From the NCBI GenBank assembly GCA_000004985.1, contig GG738856.1: a stretch of 64,000 nucleotides of DNA; one strand, written 5' to 3'. Position numbers and translations under genes: made by a program. This document shows positions 1 through 11,316 of this stretch, piece after piece. The first letter of the stretch is position 1, and each line of letters opens with the position of its first letter. Under the pieces are notes generated by a model. The model had not been told where the DNA came from, did no database searches, and saw only the letters and a list, made by a program, of their open reading frames with translations. This stretch comes from Naegleria gruberi. Its lineage: Eukaryota.

Positions 1-2065
1 CTTCCAGTATGCAATCCAATCCTACATCTAAACAAGGGTTTTCCTTCTAAATCCCATTTTTCTCTCAATCTTCTCATAGCGGTTTGGCATTTGATAGCTG
101 CTCGACAAGCTGGAAGAGCTGTATTCATCATTGCTGAAGGTGCTCCCCACAAGGCCATTACCGAATCACCTAAAAGAATATAAGAGTTAATTATTTAACA
201 CACTACTTACCAATATACTTATCGAGAGTTCCTTGCTCTTTAACAATTTCTTCAGTCATGACATGAAAATATTCACTGACATGGGTGATTAACAATTGAG
301 GAGGAAGCTCTTCACTCCATGTTGTAAAGTTCTCCACATCTGAAAATAGAATGGTAATATTATCCAACATTGCTCCACCAAGTTTCATTTCAATTCCCTT
401 TTCGACCATTTCAACAATCAAGTGTTTTGGAACAAATCTCATAAATGATCTCAATGTTGTTTTCATCTTATCAAAAGCTTCACCAAGTTCAATAATTTCT
501 CTAATTCTAGTTTTTAAAGGTAAACTTCTATTTACCTCCAATCGAGAAATAGCCTTACTTTCATTGGAAAAGTAACCAAGAGGTCGAGAAACCTTCACTG
601 AAATATAGTAAGCTATAACAATACTAACAATCACGAAAATAACACTAACCACCACATTGAGGCCAGACATTAATAATAAATTTCCAATAAAGTCTGTCTC
701 TGGTGCTGAGATGAATACCAACCATTCAACATTGAACCCCTCTGAGGATGAAACAACATCAAAGCTCATTAAATTAACAGCTCCATAATGAAAACGATTC
801 AAGGACTTTCTACCAGCATAGACCTTCTCTGTGGTAGATGGAATAATGTTAACGATAATATGTCGTAGCATTTCATTTGGAATTTCTTCAGCTTCAGGAA
901 TACTTAATGAACCATCACTATTCTGAATGACCAATGTTTTTAAATCCTTGTAGGCAATAACTCTCTTCCTGTATGTTCCATCTCCATTCTTATTCAGCTC
1001 AATAATACCCAAAATTCCATTCGTAGAAAATTTAAATGATTGTACAAATTCCACGAGTTGCTTGATAACAACAGTAGTGCTGACAACACCAATATATTTT
1101 GAACTATTAAAGGGAGAGTAAATGGATTCCTGATATGAAACATAAACCTGTTCTTCCACATAATCAGCAACTTGAAGTGCTATTGGTGTTATTGCCTTTT
1201 CATAAATGTGAGATAATTTGTAATATTCGTCATTTCTTGGATCGTAAACTGATGGATAATCCTCTTTTTTTGCAATTGCAATAAATGTTCCATTTCTAGT
1301 CAATTGATACGTATCTAGATAGGTAGTATTCGAAGAGGGATTAAACACAAAGTAGAGCTTTTGTCGTTTTTCATAATACTGTCGATACCAAGGTAAATTA
1401 GTATCACTGGAATAATCTGAAGAGTCCACTGAATTGACATATAGATAATCTCCATTAGGAGGTGTAAAATCCATCAAAAAGACCAACAATTTATGTTGGG
1501 AGTGTGTCCTTGCCAATATTTTGAAAATTGTTTGATAATTTTCAGAACTGTAAAACAAATCATCACTTGTTTCCTTCATATAGTAATCATCAAATACTTG
1601 CTGACGTTGAGCAGCTGCCAATATAATACACGTATCCAAATAATTCGAAACATAGGTATTTGCCTTCTCTACTGCACTTGTAACAACGAGATTTTCAATC
1701 TGATTGGCAGTAATTAATGAGAAGGTAATTGAAATAATGGTCAATAAGAGAATTGGCGACAAAATCAATGTACACATAGCCCCCAGCAGTGAGAATTTAA
1801 AACTAATATAGAGAGTTTGCTGTTGGAGTCCATAAACACTGGTGGAAGCTTCCGTATCAGCATCAAACATTTCATTGCCGACTATAACTTGTCCAAATGA
1901 TGAAGGAGGCAATGAAACATTATTACTATTATTGGTGTTATTGGTGTTATTAATGTTATAAAGTGAATATTGCGAAAATCTTCCTTCTTCTGGAGCAGAA
2001 TTTTGTTGTTGGAAATGTTTCCTAGCTAGCTCGGGTTGTATTCTATTGCCTTTGCCAGTCATCAA
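1..2065 (-). CDS. ACG-like sensor adenylyl cyclase (class III cyclase, partial at window edge). Minus-strand exons 211..2062 and 1..169; intron 170..210, continues beyond position 1.
   Basis: Topology is TM, ~380-aa extracellular sensor domain, TM, HAMP-like linker, then cyclase. Class III motifs ILFSDVENFT and (across a 41-nt GTAAGT..TTTTAG intron) YIG|DSVMALWGAPS ... RCRIGLHTG. The real ATG is at 2062; the ORF-track start 2065 is a TTG. Resembles Dictyostelium ACG architecture (established knowledge). Confidence 0.7.
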
Positions 2066-3072
2066 TAATTGTTGTAATTGTTTTTCATAATATTAAATTA
2101 AATTAGCAGCAAGCAACGATCATCATTGTAGTGTAATGTTCAGAGATGGAAAAAGCATTTGATGGTGTTTGATGGAAATTAGAGTTTCAATATTTAATAA
2201 AAGGAGCACTGAGAGGTTGATGTCCACCTTCACTGATGAAATTACAATGATTGTTGTGATGAAAACTCATGATGTTGTACTACATTTTTTTAGTGCAGGC
2301 CAAGTTCTAACAAAACTGGAAGTTGAGGAAGTAATGGCAATGATACCAGTGCTTTGAATAGGAGCAGTTACACTTTTTGTTGTTGAGGAAGTAATTGAGC
2401 AATAGGTAGTTGATGAGGCAATTTCTCAGGTTGGATCATAAGACATACAAACAAGATTGTCATAGACTTGCAAGCGTTGAAGATCAACCTTAGATAAAAA
2501 GAACGAACTGATAAATGAATAATCGATTAATATTGTTCAATAATAATACATAACAATTTAACAGCAACTTTCTAATCGTGTAACTATGTGAGAGTTTCAA
2601 TCAAACAAATCAATGAATTTCTAAGGTTCTGATAATTGAAATTCAAAAGCCACAATATTAAAAAATTCCAACCTTGTTAAAAACTCAAAAGATTCTTTCT
2701 AGTTGCCCGATTTGAGGTGGCATTCTTCCATCACCCATCGATTTTCATCAAATCAACAACAGCATGCTTCTTCACAACTTGACCTGTGATGACGATGATG
2801 GAAGGACTATTATCACACACAACAAAAAAATTAGATCAAACGTTTGCCACCATCATAGCAAAGAGGGTAATTCATATTCGTTGTTGTTAACCATTATACC
2901 ACAATAGTAGTAGTAACATTGTTATCTTTGCTATTGAACAGTGTCTGCGGATTCTTGTTCATATATCTTTAAAGAATCCAGTAGTAGCAGTATAGATAAT
3001 CAAAAGGCTGCTTATCATATATTTTCCACTAAATATCTTTCCTAATCTAAACCCTATTTAATTTATTAAAAG

Positions 3073-6000
3073 ATGAACAACAATTCATCATCATCAACAA
3101 CCAATAGTAGTAGTAGTAGTTGGCAAGCAGTTCGTGAATGGCTCCTCGTGAATGATAAACAACAAGACACATGGGAACAAACTCTCATCAAAAAGTTGTT
3201 GAATTCCTCCTCCGATTTTAACAAGTCCATCCTCATTGTCGAAGATTCACTCCATGAAGGATCTTCCACATTGGAAAATCTATCCTCCATCTACTCTATC
3301 AAAAACACCACCCTCTCAGCAGCAGATTCCAATACTAGTATTTATGCTGTTTTCCAAGTAAGAATTGAAGGAATGACTTGTGGTAATTGTTCGGGATTGG
3401 TCACTAGAGTAATGAAAGGATATTTGAGTGACAGATTTAATTCAAGTCAAGAGAGTGTGATTGGAAACTATTTCCATCATGTGAGTCTGGAAAAGAAGAG
3501 ATTAGTTTGCATTGTTAGGAGTGATTGTTTGGATCCATCGAAAACACATGAGGATGAAATTATGCAAATCATAGCCCATATCAAGGATAATACTAGCTTT
3601 GATCCTTTTCCAATCAAGTCGTTTTATAAGACGCTGGAAGCAAATGCAAGTGTGTCAATTGTCAGAGCTGGTTTTGAAATTGATCATGAATTAATTACTG
3701 AAGAAGTTTTGCAAGGAAAAACAACAAGAAACAAAAGAGACACTGTCATTCTTGTAAGCGACAAGAAAGATATGGCTAAACAATCGTCACCACAAGAAAT
3801 ATCAAATGCTCTCAACGATGCTTTGAACAAAACACCAACATTAACAACATCAACCATGAAAAATGATGATGATGAATTCGAGGAAGTGATTGATTTGAAT
3901 AGAGACAGTTTGGATAATGAACCAAGTAGTTTTGCTGGTCTTTTGGATGATGAAAGTGATGAAGGAAAAATTCCAAAATCTGCCAGCAAGGCATCCTTCT
4001 TTGATTCAATTTTGAAAGCTGTTGGACTCTCACATAATATTTCTAATCCATATACACGAGTTGGATTTGATGAGGAGGCTAGTCAAGAGATTGAATTAGT
4101 GGACAATAGTGGAAGTTTAGATCTAAATGTAACAGGTATGCACTGTTCGTCATGTGTATCAAAAGTAGAGGGTACATTAAAGAAGGTGAATGGTATCAAG
4201 AAGGTTTCTGTTTCCTTGATGACCAACTCTGCCACTGTAGATTATGATCCAGCCCTTCTCACATCTCAAGAAATCATTGAGGAAATTGAGTCTATTGGGT
4301 TCCAAGCTTGTAAAAAACCACCAAAAACAAAGAAACAAGACGCAGTTGACCAATCCTTCCTTATTATCAATGAATGGAAGATCAAGTTTATTGTTTCCCT
4401 CCTCTTGACCATTCCTGTTGTTGTTTTGACCATGTCCAACAAGAGCAAATACTCTGGTCAAGAACTTCAAATGTTCAGATTCCGATTTTCTGCATGGGAA
4501 AAGATCAAATATGTATTACTGAATTATGGATGTATGCTCTTGACATTTATTATTCACTTTATTACTGGTTGGCATTACCACAAGAATGCCTTCAAAGCTT
4601 TGAGAAATTACTATGCCGACATGAATGTACTGATATCATTGAGTACTAATGCTGCCTTTTTCTATTCTATTATTTTATTATTTATTAGTACTTTGGAAAT
4701 GTTTGGAATTATTAATCAGACAGTATCCAAAGCACCATCCTATTTATTTGAAACTTGTGCCATGACTTTAATGTTCCAAAATCTTGGTAAATATCTGCAT
4801 TCTATTGCAAAGAACAAAACAACTGAATCTCTCTCAGCACTGGCTCAACTTCAACCTGCCAAGGCCAATATTGTTGAGAATGTGAAGGATGAATCTGCTC
4901 TATCTTTCAGTGCTAATACGAGAGAAGTTTTCGTTGAGGAAGTTTCTGTTGGAGACTATGTCATGGTCAAATGTGGACACACTATTCCTTGTGATGGAGA
5001 AGTTGTTCTTGGACAATGCTTTGTCAATGAGAGTATGCTCACAGGAGAATCAAAGAGAATTTACAAAAAGAAAGGAAGTAAGGTTCTAGGTGGTACTGTA
5101 AATGAACAATTTTCTGGCAGTGAAGATGGTGGAGTTATTATTGTGAAAATCACCAAGACTGGTCAAGATAGTGTGTTGGGACAAATTATCAACCTCGTAC
5201 AACAAGCTCAACACAATAAGGCTCCTATTCAAGAGTTTGCCGATAAGGTCTCTAAAGTTTTCGTTCCTATTGTGGTGGCCTTGTCTCTTTTCACCTTTGT
5301 AACTTGGTACTTCTTCTCTGTGACTGGTACTGTTAATAATGGAGCCAGTAGAGTTGATTCTATCATGTTTGCCCTCATCTTCTCCATGTCAGTTCTCAGT
5401 ATTTCCTGTCCTTGTGCGATTGGTTTGGCAACTCCAACAGCAGTTATGGTTGCAACAGGTATTGGAGCATCTAATGGTATTTTGGTGAAGGGAGGACTTC
5501 CATTAGAAATTGCACACAAGGTGAATTGCATTTGTTTTGACAAGACTGGTACAATTACTAAAGGAAAGGCTTCAGTTGTGAATTATGGATTCTTTGCTGA
5601 AGATGCTTCAAAGATTGGTATTAAGGAACAAGAGTTTTTCGAAATTCTTGTCGGAGCTGAAAGAGCTAGTGAACATCCTTTGGCTGAGGCTATTGTCAAG
5701 TATTTCTCACCAAAGATTGAACATCACGTCGATCATACTGACACTTCTCTCAGTATCATTGGAGGAAAAGGTTTAAGATACATCTATACAAATAAGAGTG
5801 ATATGAAGCAAAATACTGTTCTAATTGGTAAATCCTCATTCCTCAGTCAAGAAGGTGTCATTGTTACTGATACCAAAGATCAGAAATTTGAAAATACCAA
5901 GAAGAGTCTCAAGGAGGGCCATACTGTTGTTTTCTGTTCTGTAAATAATAATTTGATTGGTTATGTTGCTCTCTTTGATGAAATGAAACCTGAAGCCAGA

Positions 6001-6546
6001 GAAGTCATCAAGACATTGACTGAAGATTTTGGAATTAGGTGCATTGTTATGAGCGGTGACAACAAGCAAGCAGTTCAACAATCTGTTTCATTACTAGGCT
6101 CCAAATTGGAATACCTTCACGATAAGACACCAAGTGAAAAATGCCAATTTATTGAATCACTTAAAAAGCAAGGTTTTACTGTTGCTATGGTTGGAGATGG
6201 CATTAATGATTCACCATCTTTAAGTGCTGCTGATGTAGGCATTGCCATTGGTGACGGAACTGATGTTGCCATTAAGAGCTCTGACATCATCTTGTTAAAT
6301 TCTGATTTGAGAGATGTAGTCACAACCATTGACTTGTCTAAAAAGACCTTCTCTAGAATTAGACTCAATCACTTACTTTCTCTTGGATATAACTTGTTCA
6401 TGATTCCATTGGCATGTGGTGTATTGTGGCCTTTCTATGGTATTGTTTTGCCACCTTATTTATCTTCCATGTTAATGATGTTCTCCAGTTTGAGTGTTTT
6501 GGCAAGTAGTTTGTCTCTTCGTCTCACTTTCAATAAGAGAAAATAA
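3073..6546 (+). CDS. Copper-transporting P1B-type ATPase (ATP7-like)
   Basis: Two HMA metal-binding motifs (GMTCGNC, GMHCSSC). CPC motif (SISCPCAIGLATPT). Phosphorylation site DKTGTIT. Hinge motif MVGDGINDSPSL. Uninterrupted 1157-aa ORF with ATG at 3073. Confidence 0.9.
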   Translation: MNNNSSSSTTNSSSSSWQAVREWLLVNDKQQDTWEQTLIKKLLNSSSDFNKSILIVEDSLHEGSSTLENLSSIYSIKNTTLSAADSNTSIYAVFQVRIEGMTCGNCSGLVTRVMKGYLSDRFNSSQESVIGNYFHHVSLEKKRLVCIVRSDCLDPSKTHEDEIMQIIAHIKDNTSFDPFPIKSFYKTLEANASVSIVRAGFEIDHELITEEVLQGKTTRNKRDTVILVSDKKDMAKQSSPQEISNALNDALNKTPTLTTSTMKNDDDEFEEVIDLNRDSLDNEPSSFAGLLDDESDEGKIPKSASKASFFDSILKAVGLSHNISNPYTRVGFDEEASQEIELVDNSGSLDLNVTGMHCSSCVSKVEGTLKKVNGIKKVSVSLMTNSATVDYDPALLTSQEIIEEIESIGFQACKKPPKTKKQDAVDQSFLIINEWKIKFIVSLLLTIPVVVLTMSNKSKYSGQELQMFRFRFSAWEKIKYVLLNYGCMLLTFIIHFITGWHYHKNAFKALRNYYADMNVLISLSTNAAFFYSIILLFISTLEMFGIINQTVSKAPSYLFETCAMTLMFQNLGKYLHSIAKNKTTESLSALAQLQPAKANIVENVKDESALSFSANTREVFVEEVSVGDYVMVKCGHTIPCDGEVVLGQCFVNESMLTGESKRIYKKKGSKVLGGTVNEQFSGSEDGGVIIVKITKTGQDSVLGQIINLVQQAQHNKAPIQEFADKVSKVFVPIVVALSLFTFVTWYFFSVTGTVNNGASRVDSIMFALIFSMSVLSISCPCAIGLATPTAVMVATGIGASNGILVKGGLPLEIAHKVNCICFDKTGTITKGKASVVNYGFFAEDASKIGIKEQEFFEILVGAERASEHPLAEAIVKYFSPKIEHHVDHTDTSLSIIGGKGLRYIYTNKSDMKQNTVLIGKSSFLSQEGVIVTDTKDQKFENTKKSLKEGHTVVFCSVNNNLIGYVALFDEMKPEAREVIKTLTEDFGIRCIVMSGDNKQAVQQSVSLLGSKLEYLHDKTPSEKCQFIESLKKQGFTVAMVGDGINDSPSLSAADVGIAIGDGTDVAIKSSDIILLNSDLRDVVTTIDLSKKTFSRIRLNHLLSLGYNLFMIPLACGVLWPFYGIVLPPYLSSMLMMFSSLSVLASSLSLRLTFNKRK

Positions 6547-6600
6547 ATGAAAGATTAATTTATTTACAATGTATTTCTAATAATTTTAATAGTGCAATGA

Positions 6601-6960
6601 TTAATGTCCAAAACCATACAGAGTTCTTCCATGTCTTCTCAATGAATAGACAATATCCATCGATGTTACAGTTTTCCTTCTGGCATGCTCTGTATAGGTA
6701 ACAGCATCTCTAATAATTCCCTCCAAGAAATTCTTCAAAACTCCTCTGGTTTCATCATAGATTTGTCCAGAGATACGTTTCACACCACCTCTTCTGGCCA
6801 ATCGCCTAATGGCTGGCTTTGTAATGCCAGTAATATTATTTCTTATCACTCTATTTGTTCTCTGAGAGTAAAATGCATTGAGAAATTAAGTATTCTGTTG
6901 AACTACCTACTTTGAATCCACCCTTGCCAAGACCTTTACCTCCCTTTCCTCTTCCTGTCA
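6601..6960 (-). CDS. Histone H4 (divergent variant), 2 exons: 6910..6960 and 6601..6861, intron 6862..6909
   Basis: Exon 1 encodes [17 protein letters not shown]. Exon 2 encodes [92 protein letters not shown] donor and CTCTCAG acceptor. 103 aa in total. Confidence 0.8.
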
Positions 6961-7454
6961 TTTGATGTTGAGATTTTTTTGTTTTTATTTGGTTTTGTTA
7001 TTTTTGAGTAGGGAAATGAACTCTCAGTTTAACGAATGTTCCAAATTATTTCGTAATTAGGCAAAGTTGAGTAATATATTTACAATAAATGACAAAAGCA
7101 TTTACAGTTAGTAAGTTTATTTACAATTTGCGGAGTTACTAAGCGCCATGTAATTTTCTGCAGATAATTAAATCATGAAAATATTTTATCATACGAAAGA
7201 CTAAGTGTATGAATACTATTGGAAAGATCAGCAATTCTTGGATAATGTTAAAATGGAATGATTAAACTTATATGCAGTTTCGTATAGTTTTCAATTCCAA
7301 GTTCCATTTTCAATGAATGTTACCAATGCAAAATTTTGGTCAATTAGGTAACCCATCACTTCCGTTCCATTTCATTCAGTGTTAAACAAATCCAATACCT
7401 TCAAAATCAAAAAAAAATATAACAACATTCCTCTGTTTTTTCACTATTCGAAAC

Positions 7455-7844
7455 ATGGTCAGAATAACCGATTTCAAAAAGACATTCACTTGTCCAAAAT
7501 GTCAATCCCAAAACGATAACGCCACCATCAAACAAGCAGAAAATTATGTAGTCACAAGAGAATGCTCCTCATGCTCTCATCAGCAAACTCTTTTCATTCC
7601 AGCAACTTCAGGTTTAATTCCATTAGAAAGGTCAACCAAAGCTTGTACTGCCACATGTTCCTGCACACAATTCAGACCTACCCATAATGATGGAATTACT
7701 TGTGAGTGTGGACATTTGGGAAGTTATCATGGACATTCCTATGGTTTGGGTAGAGATTTAGTGATGAAGAGTTCACTCATTGATAATGGAATTCTTTCTT
7801 TTGATGTGGATAGTTGTGCTGATATGGTGGAGGATAATCAATAA
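7455..7844 (+). CDS. Hypothetical small Cys/His-rich protein (putative zinc-binding)
   Basis: 129-aa ORF with a real ATG. Contains CPKC...CSSC and CTATCSC...CECGH...H motifs. No recognisable family. Confidence 0.3.
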   Translation: MVRITDFKKTFTCPKCQSQNDNATIKQAENYVVTRECSSCSHQQTLFIPATSGLIPLERSTKACTATCSCTQFRPTHNDGITCECGHLGSYHGHSYGLGRDLVMKSSLIDNGILSFDVDSCADMVEDNQ

Positions 7845-8271
7845 TTTTAATAATTGAATGTAAATTTGATGATGAATGTGGATGATTGGTTCTTCAATAA
7901 AAAAATGTCTCACAACAGAACAGGCAAATTTGATGATGGAGAATAATTTTATTAATGTATTATTATATAATTAATATGAAAGTTTAAAATATATTAGCTG
8001 TTTTTCGGAATAATGTTTGGTGGCCAAGTAATGGCTTGATATGGTGCAAATTGTGCAACTGTAGTGGTTAAGCTTGCTCACTTACAAATCCTGTAAATTC
8101 TGATGGCGCCAAATCATCGTCCATGATTTCTTGTTTGAAAACACAAAAGAATTTGCCTTGATCAAAACGAGTTCATGCTTGCGAGGAATTCTTCAGCGAG
8201 CAAAAATCATATGCAACACAAGAATTCATCAACAAAAAAAATCAAACAACAACAATTGTCCTATTTTCACA

Positions 8272-11200
8272 ATGTTGAATAATAATAGAACATTTAAACC
8301 ACCAATAATTGATAATAATGTAACTCTTGGTTTGGGTCCTGACAGAATGGGTGTTTTATTCACGGATATGTTGACAGCCATTAGAATTCCTGCCAATCAT
8401 TGGTTATTAGCTTTGATCAGTGGTGGTAGTGGTGCTGATGATCAACAAGTGAGAGTAAAGCTTGTGCATGAAACGTTCCGATATGTAAATTCAGAACCAA
8501 CTCTTGAAATGAGCCAGGAAATTGACTTGCAGTTCCAAGTCATGTCACGATTGATTTGTATTCCACCAAATCAACAACAATTGATAGAATATTATAGAAA
8601 TACATTGCCATCAGCAGATTATCTTCTTTTTGAGAAGTATCACAAGTGGAATATAAGAATTGAATCGGTGGTTTACCAAAGATATGTGACTCTTGATGTT
8701 GTGTTAATTTGCCAAAATGAAAAAGAACTTCCAAAGAATTCATTGGAGTATTTAATGAAGACAGCTCCATACACGTTTAGAGATTTCCGTCTTCTTTATG
8801 AAAATTGTGAATTGTACAGTAATTTATTCAAGGTTGACTGCGAAATGTTTCAACAATTCTTTGGACGAAACTATCCTCTTGTTTGTACAGTCAAAGATGT
8901 AGATTCTAATCCAAATATTATTGGAAATAATAACATGTCCATTCAAAATTCATTCTCAAGATTTGCCAGAATATTAATGGATTTGAATTTGGGCAAATGT
9001 ATGATGATTGTGAAATTCGAAACTAAAGATGACAACATCAAAAGAAAGTGGTGCGAGAATGGGATAAGCTACGAAGGCCATTGCTACAAATTCTTTAGCA
9101 CTTCCAACTCTGGAATGAAAGGCAGCTCTGCAGTTTTTATCAACTCAACCTTACTCAACTTGGAAACTGTCAAACTTCTCGTTGGAAGCTCCTTCGACAA
9201 GGCATTACAGACAGGTGGTGTCAGAAAGGTAGCAAGCAGAATTGGTCTCAGTATTGGAACAAGCATTCAAAGTTTAGCAACTTTTGAATTTGATCAAATT
9301 TTCTGTCTTCCACAGAACATCGAAGATGAGTTTCCAATAACTGATGGTTCTGGATTAGCAAGATCTGATTTCTTTGAGGAGATTTTAGAAAAGACCTATG
9401 CCATTCCTTATTTCGAAATGGAAAAATTGGCAAAACATCCAGAAATGAAACTCTCCAGAAGGTTAGAAACTGATTACAAAAACGTGAGTGCCATTCAAGT
9501 GAGAATGCTTGGAGCCAAAGGAGTTTTACAAAAGATTCCAGATTCATTGTGGAAAGTATTGCAAGTCAAGTGGAAATTCCCAGATTCAACAAAGGTGATT
9601 TTGAGAAATTCAATGATCAAGTTTGAAACTGCTTATTACAAAAAGATTGATGTATTGAGTTATTCATCTGCTACGGGAGGGTCGATTTCAAGAGGAGTCA
9701 TGTCTTGCTTATTGGAGAGGACAGATCACAGAGAGGAAATGGAAGAAATTTTCATGAATGATCTCGACGATTATTTGAAAGAAATGGAGGACAATAGAAA
9801 TGATCCAATCTATGTCTGCAACTATCTTTTAACTGGAACAGGTAATACAAAGGAAGGATTGGCCAAACAATTGATTATGGCAGATCATCCACTCAATAAT
9901 TATTTCATTGATTCAGTAATTAGAGAAAATATCAAAACAAGACATTTGGGATTAGTCAATGATAATCTTTCTTTCAAAATCAACAGTCATTATTGTGTCA
10001 GTGCGTTGGGAGGTGTGGATGAAAGTGGGGAACTCAAAGAAGGTGAAATTCACATTAATTGTGATGCCTTTACAAATAGCCCATACTATCTGGAACTCGA
10101 TTACGTTTTAGTTTATAGAAATCCTTTGGGGTATGAGGGTGATATTCAAAAACTCAAAATTAAGAAAAATCCTCAATCAGAATTCCTCAAATCAAGACGA
10201 AACTCAATCACCTTTGCCATGTCCAAGGGCACTAGAAATCCTATTGGATTTATGCAAGGCGGTGATTTTGATGGTGACAGATACAATATCATTTTCCATC
10301 CAAAGATTGTGAAATATTTCAAGCAAGACGAAAGTTTGAATTTGGATTATAATAATAATGATATTTACGAACAATTTAAAAAGAATGAATCTATTTCCAG
10401 TCTGGAGACGATACCTGTTATGCAACCCAACACCAACCCAACCATTCAAGACATTATTGAAGAACACATTAACATGTTCACTGAAAATTCTCCAATAGGT
10501 ACTTTAAGTGGTTACACATCTAACCTTAGAGAAACAACTGATATTCCAAAGAAAAAGTTGGCTTCCAAGCTATTCGCAGATTGTATCGATTCTATTAAGG
10601 GAAGTTCATTCCCTTATGACCTGATTAACATTGTAAAATCGAAAATTCCTGAATGGGAAGAGTATTTGAATGAAAGAGTTAAGAAGAGTGAATTTTGGAA
10701 AGATGAAAATCTGTCAAATCCACAACCTAATCATTTAGTGTGTAGAATGTTTGATATGGTAGTACAATCGTTGAAGAAAATCACTGAAGATCCAATTAAT
10801 ACTCAACTCGATCCTGATTTTGAAACACCTAATCCAAAATATTTGAAATTCCATACTCAATGGAAACAAGAATTCGAAAATCTTTTCAAAGAATGGTGCA
10901 ATTATTGGACAAAGCAATTATCAGCCAATCCAGAAACAGAAAAGGACAAATCTGAAACTAAATCACACAAGAGAATTTTACTGAACAAAATTAAGGAAAT
11001 TCTTCCACTGCAAGAAGAAAAAAGTGAATCAATTGACTGGCGTGCAAAATTCAATGAAGGAACAGATGGCAATGATATGAGATGTGAAAAGGCAGCATTC
11101 TTTATGAGGTATAATCATGTGCAAAATCAGAAAGGTTTAATCAAGAGATTGCAAAGTCCTTTCGTCTATACTTGTTGCATGCTTTATTTGAATATTTACA

Positions 11201-11316
11201 AGCAATTCAAACAATTTGAAAAATTTGGAAAAATTCCACAGATTGTTTCATCCAATTACAAAGTTTCTCTCAAGAAACAACTTTCGAATATCACAAGAAC
11301 AACACCTGTAGAATAA
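8272..11316 (+). CDS. Eukaryotic-type RNA-dependent RNA polymerase (cellular RdRP/RDR domain protein)
   Basis: RDR-family signature blocks: YEGHCYKFFSTSNSGMKGSSAVFI, ARIGLSIGTSIQS, VSAIQVRMLGAKGVL, VYRNPLGYEGDIQ and the catalytic GGDFDGDRYNIIF (DbDGD). First ATG is at 8272; the frame is open from 8131. No helicase domain in this ORF. Confidence 0.75.
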   Translation: MLNNNRTFKPPIIDNNVTLGLGPDRMGVLFTDMLTAIRIPANHWLLALISGGSGADDQQVRVKLVHETFRYVNSEPTLEMSQEIDLQFQVMSRLICIPPNQQQLIEYYRNTLPSADYLLFEKYHKWNIRIESVVYQRYVTLDVVLICQNEKELPKNSLEYLMKTAPYTFRDFRLLYENCELYSNLFKVDCEMFQQFFGRNYPLVCTVKDVDSNPNIIGNNNMSIQNSFSRFARILMDLNLGKCMMIVKFETKDDNIKRKWCENGISYEGHCYKFFSTSNSGMKGSSAVFINSTLLNLETVKLLVGSSFDKALQTGGVRKVASRIGLSIGTSIQSLATFEFDQIFCLPQNIEDEFPITDGSGLARSDFFEEILEKTYAIPYFEMEKLAKHPEMKLSRRLETDYKNVSAIQVRMLGAKGVLQKIPDSLWKVLQVKWKFPDSTKVILRNSMIKFETAYYKKIDVLSYSSATGGSISRGVMSCLLERTDHREEMEEIFMNDLDDYLKEMEDNRNDPIYVCNYLLTGTGNTKEGLAKQLIMADHPLNNYFIDSVIRENIKTRHLGLVNDNLSFKINSHYCVSALGGVDESGELKEGEIHINCDAFTNSPYYLELDYVLVYRNPLGYEGDIQKLKIKKNPQSEFLKSRRNSITFAMSKGTRNPIGFMQGGDFDGDRYNIIFHPKIVKYFKQDESLNLDYNNNDIYEQFKKNESISSLETIPVMQPNTNPTIQDIIEEHINMFTENSPIGTLSGYTSNLRETTDIPKKKLASKLFADCIDSIKGSSFPYDLINIVKSKIPEWEEYLNERVKKSEFWKDENLSNPQPNHLVCRMFDMVVQSLKKITEDPINTQLDPDFETPNPKYLKFHTQWKQEFENLFKEWCNYWTKQLSANPETEKDKSETKSHKRILLNKIKEILPLQEEKSESIDWRAKFNEGTDGNDMRCEKAAFFMRYNHVQNQKGLIKRLQSPFVYTCCMLYLNIYKQFKQFEKFGKIPQIVSSNYKVSLKKQLSNITRTTPVE

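Noticed and set aside
3684-6368. Multiple 60-104-aa ORFs on the opposite strand inside the Cu-ATPase gene; similar antisense ORFs inside the DOCK, ECM29 and USP genes
   Set aside because: They are embedded antisense to long, well-supported coding regions, are low-complexity, and have no motifs. Typical spurious ORFs.
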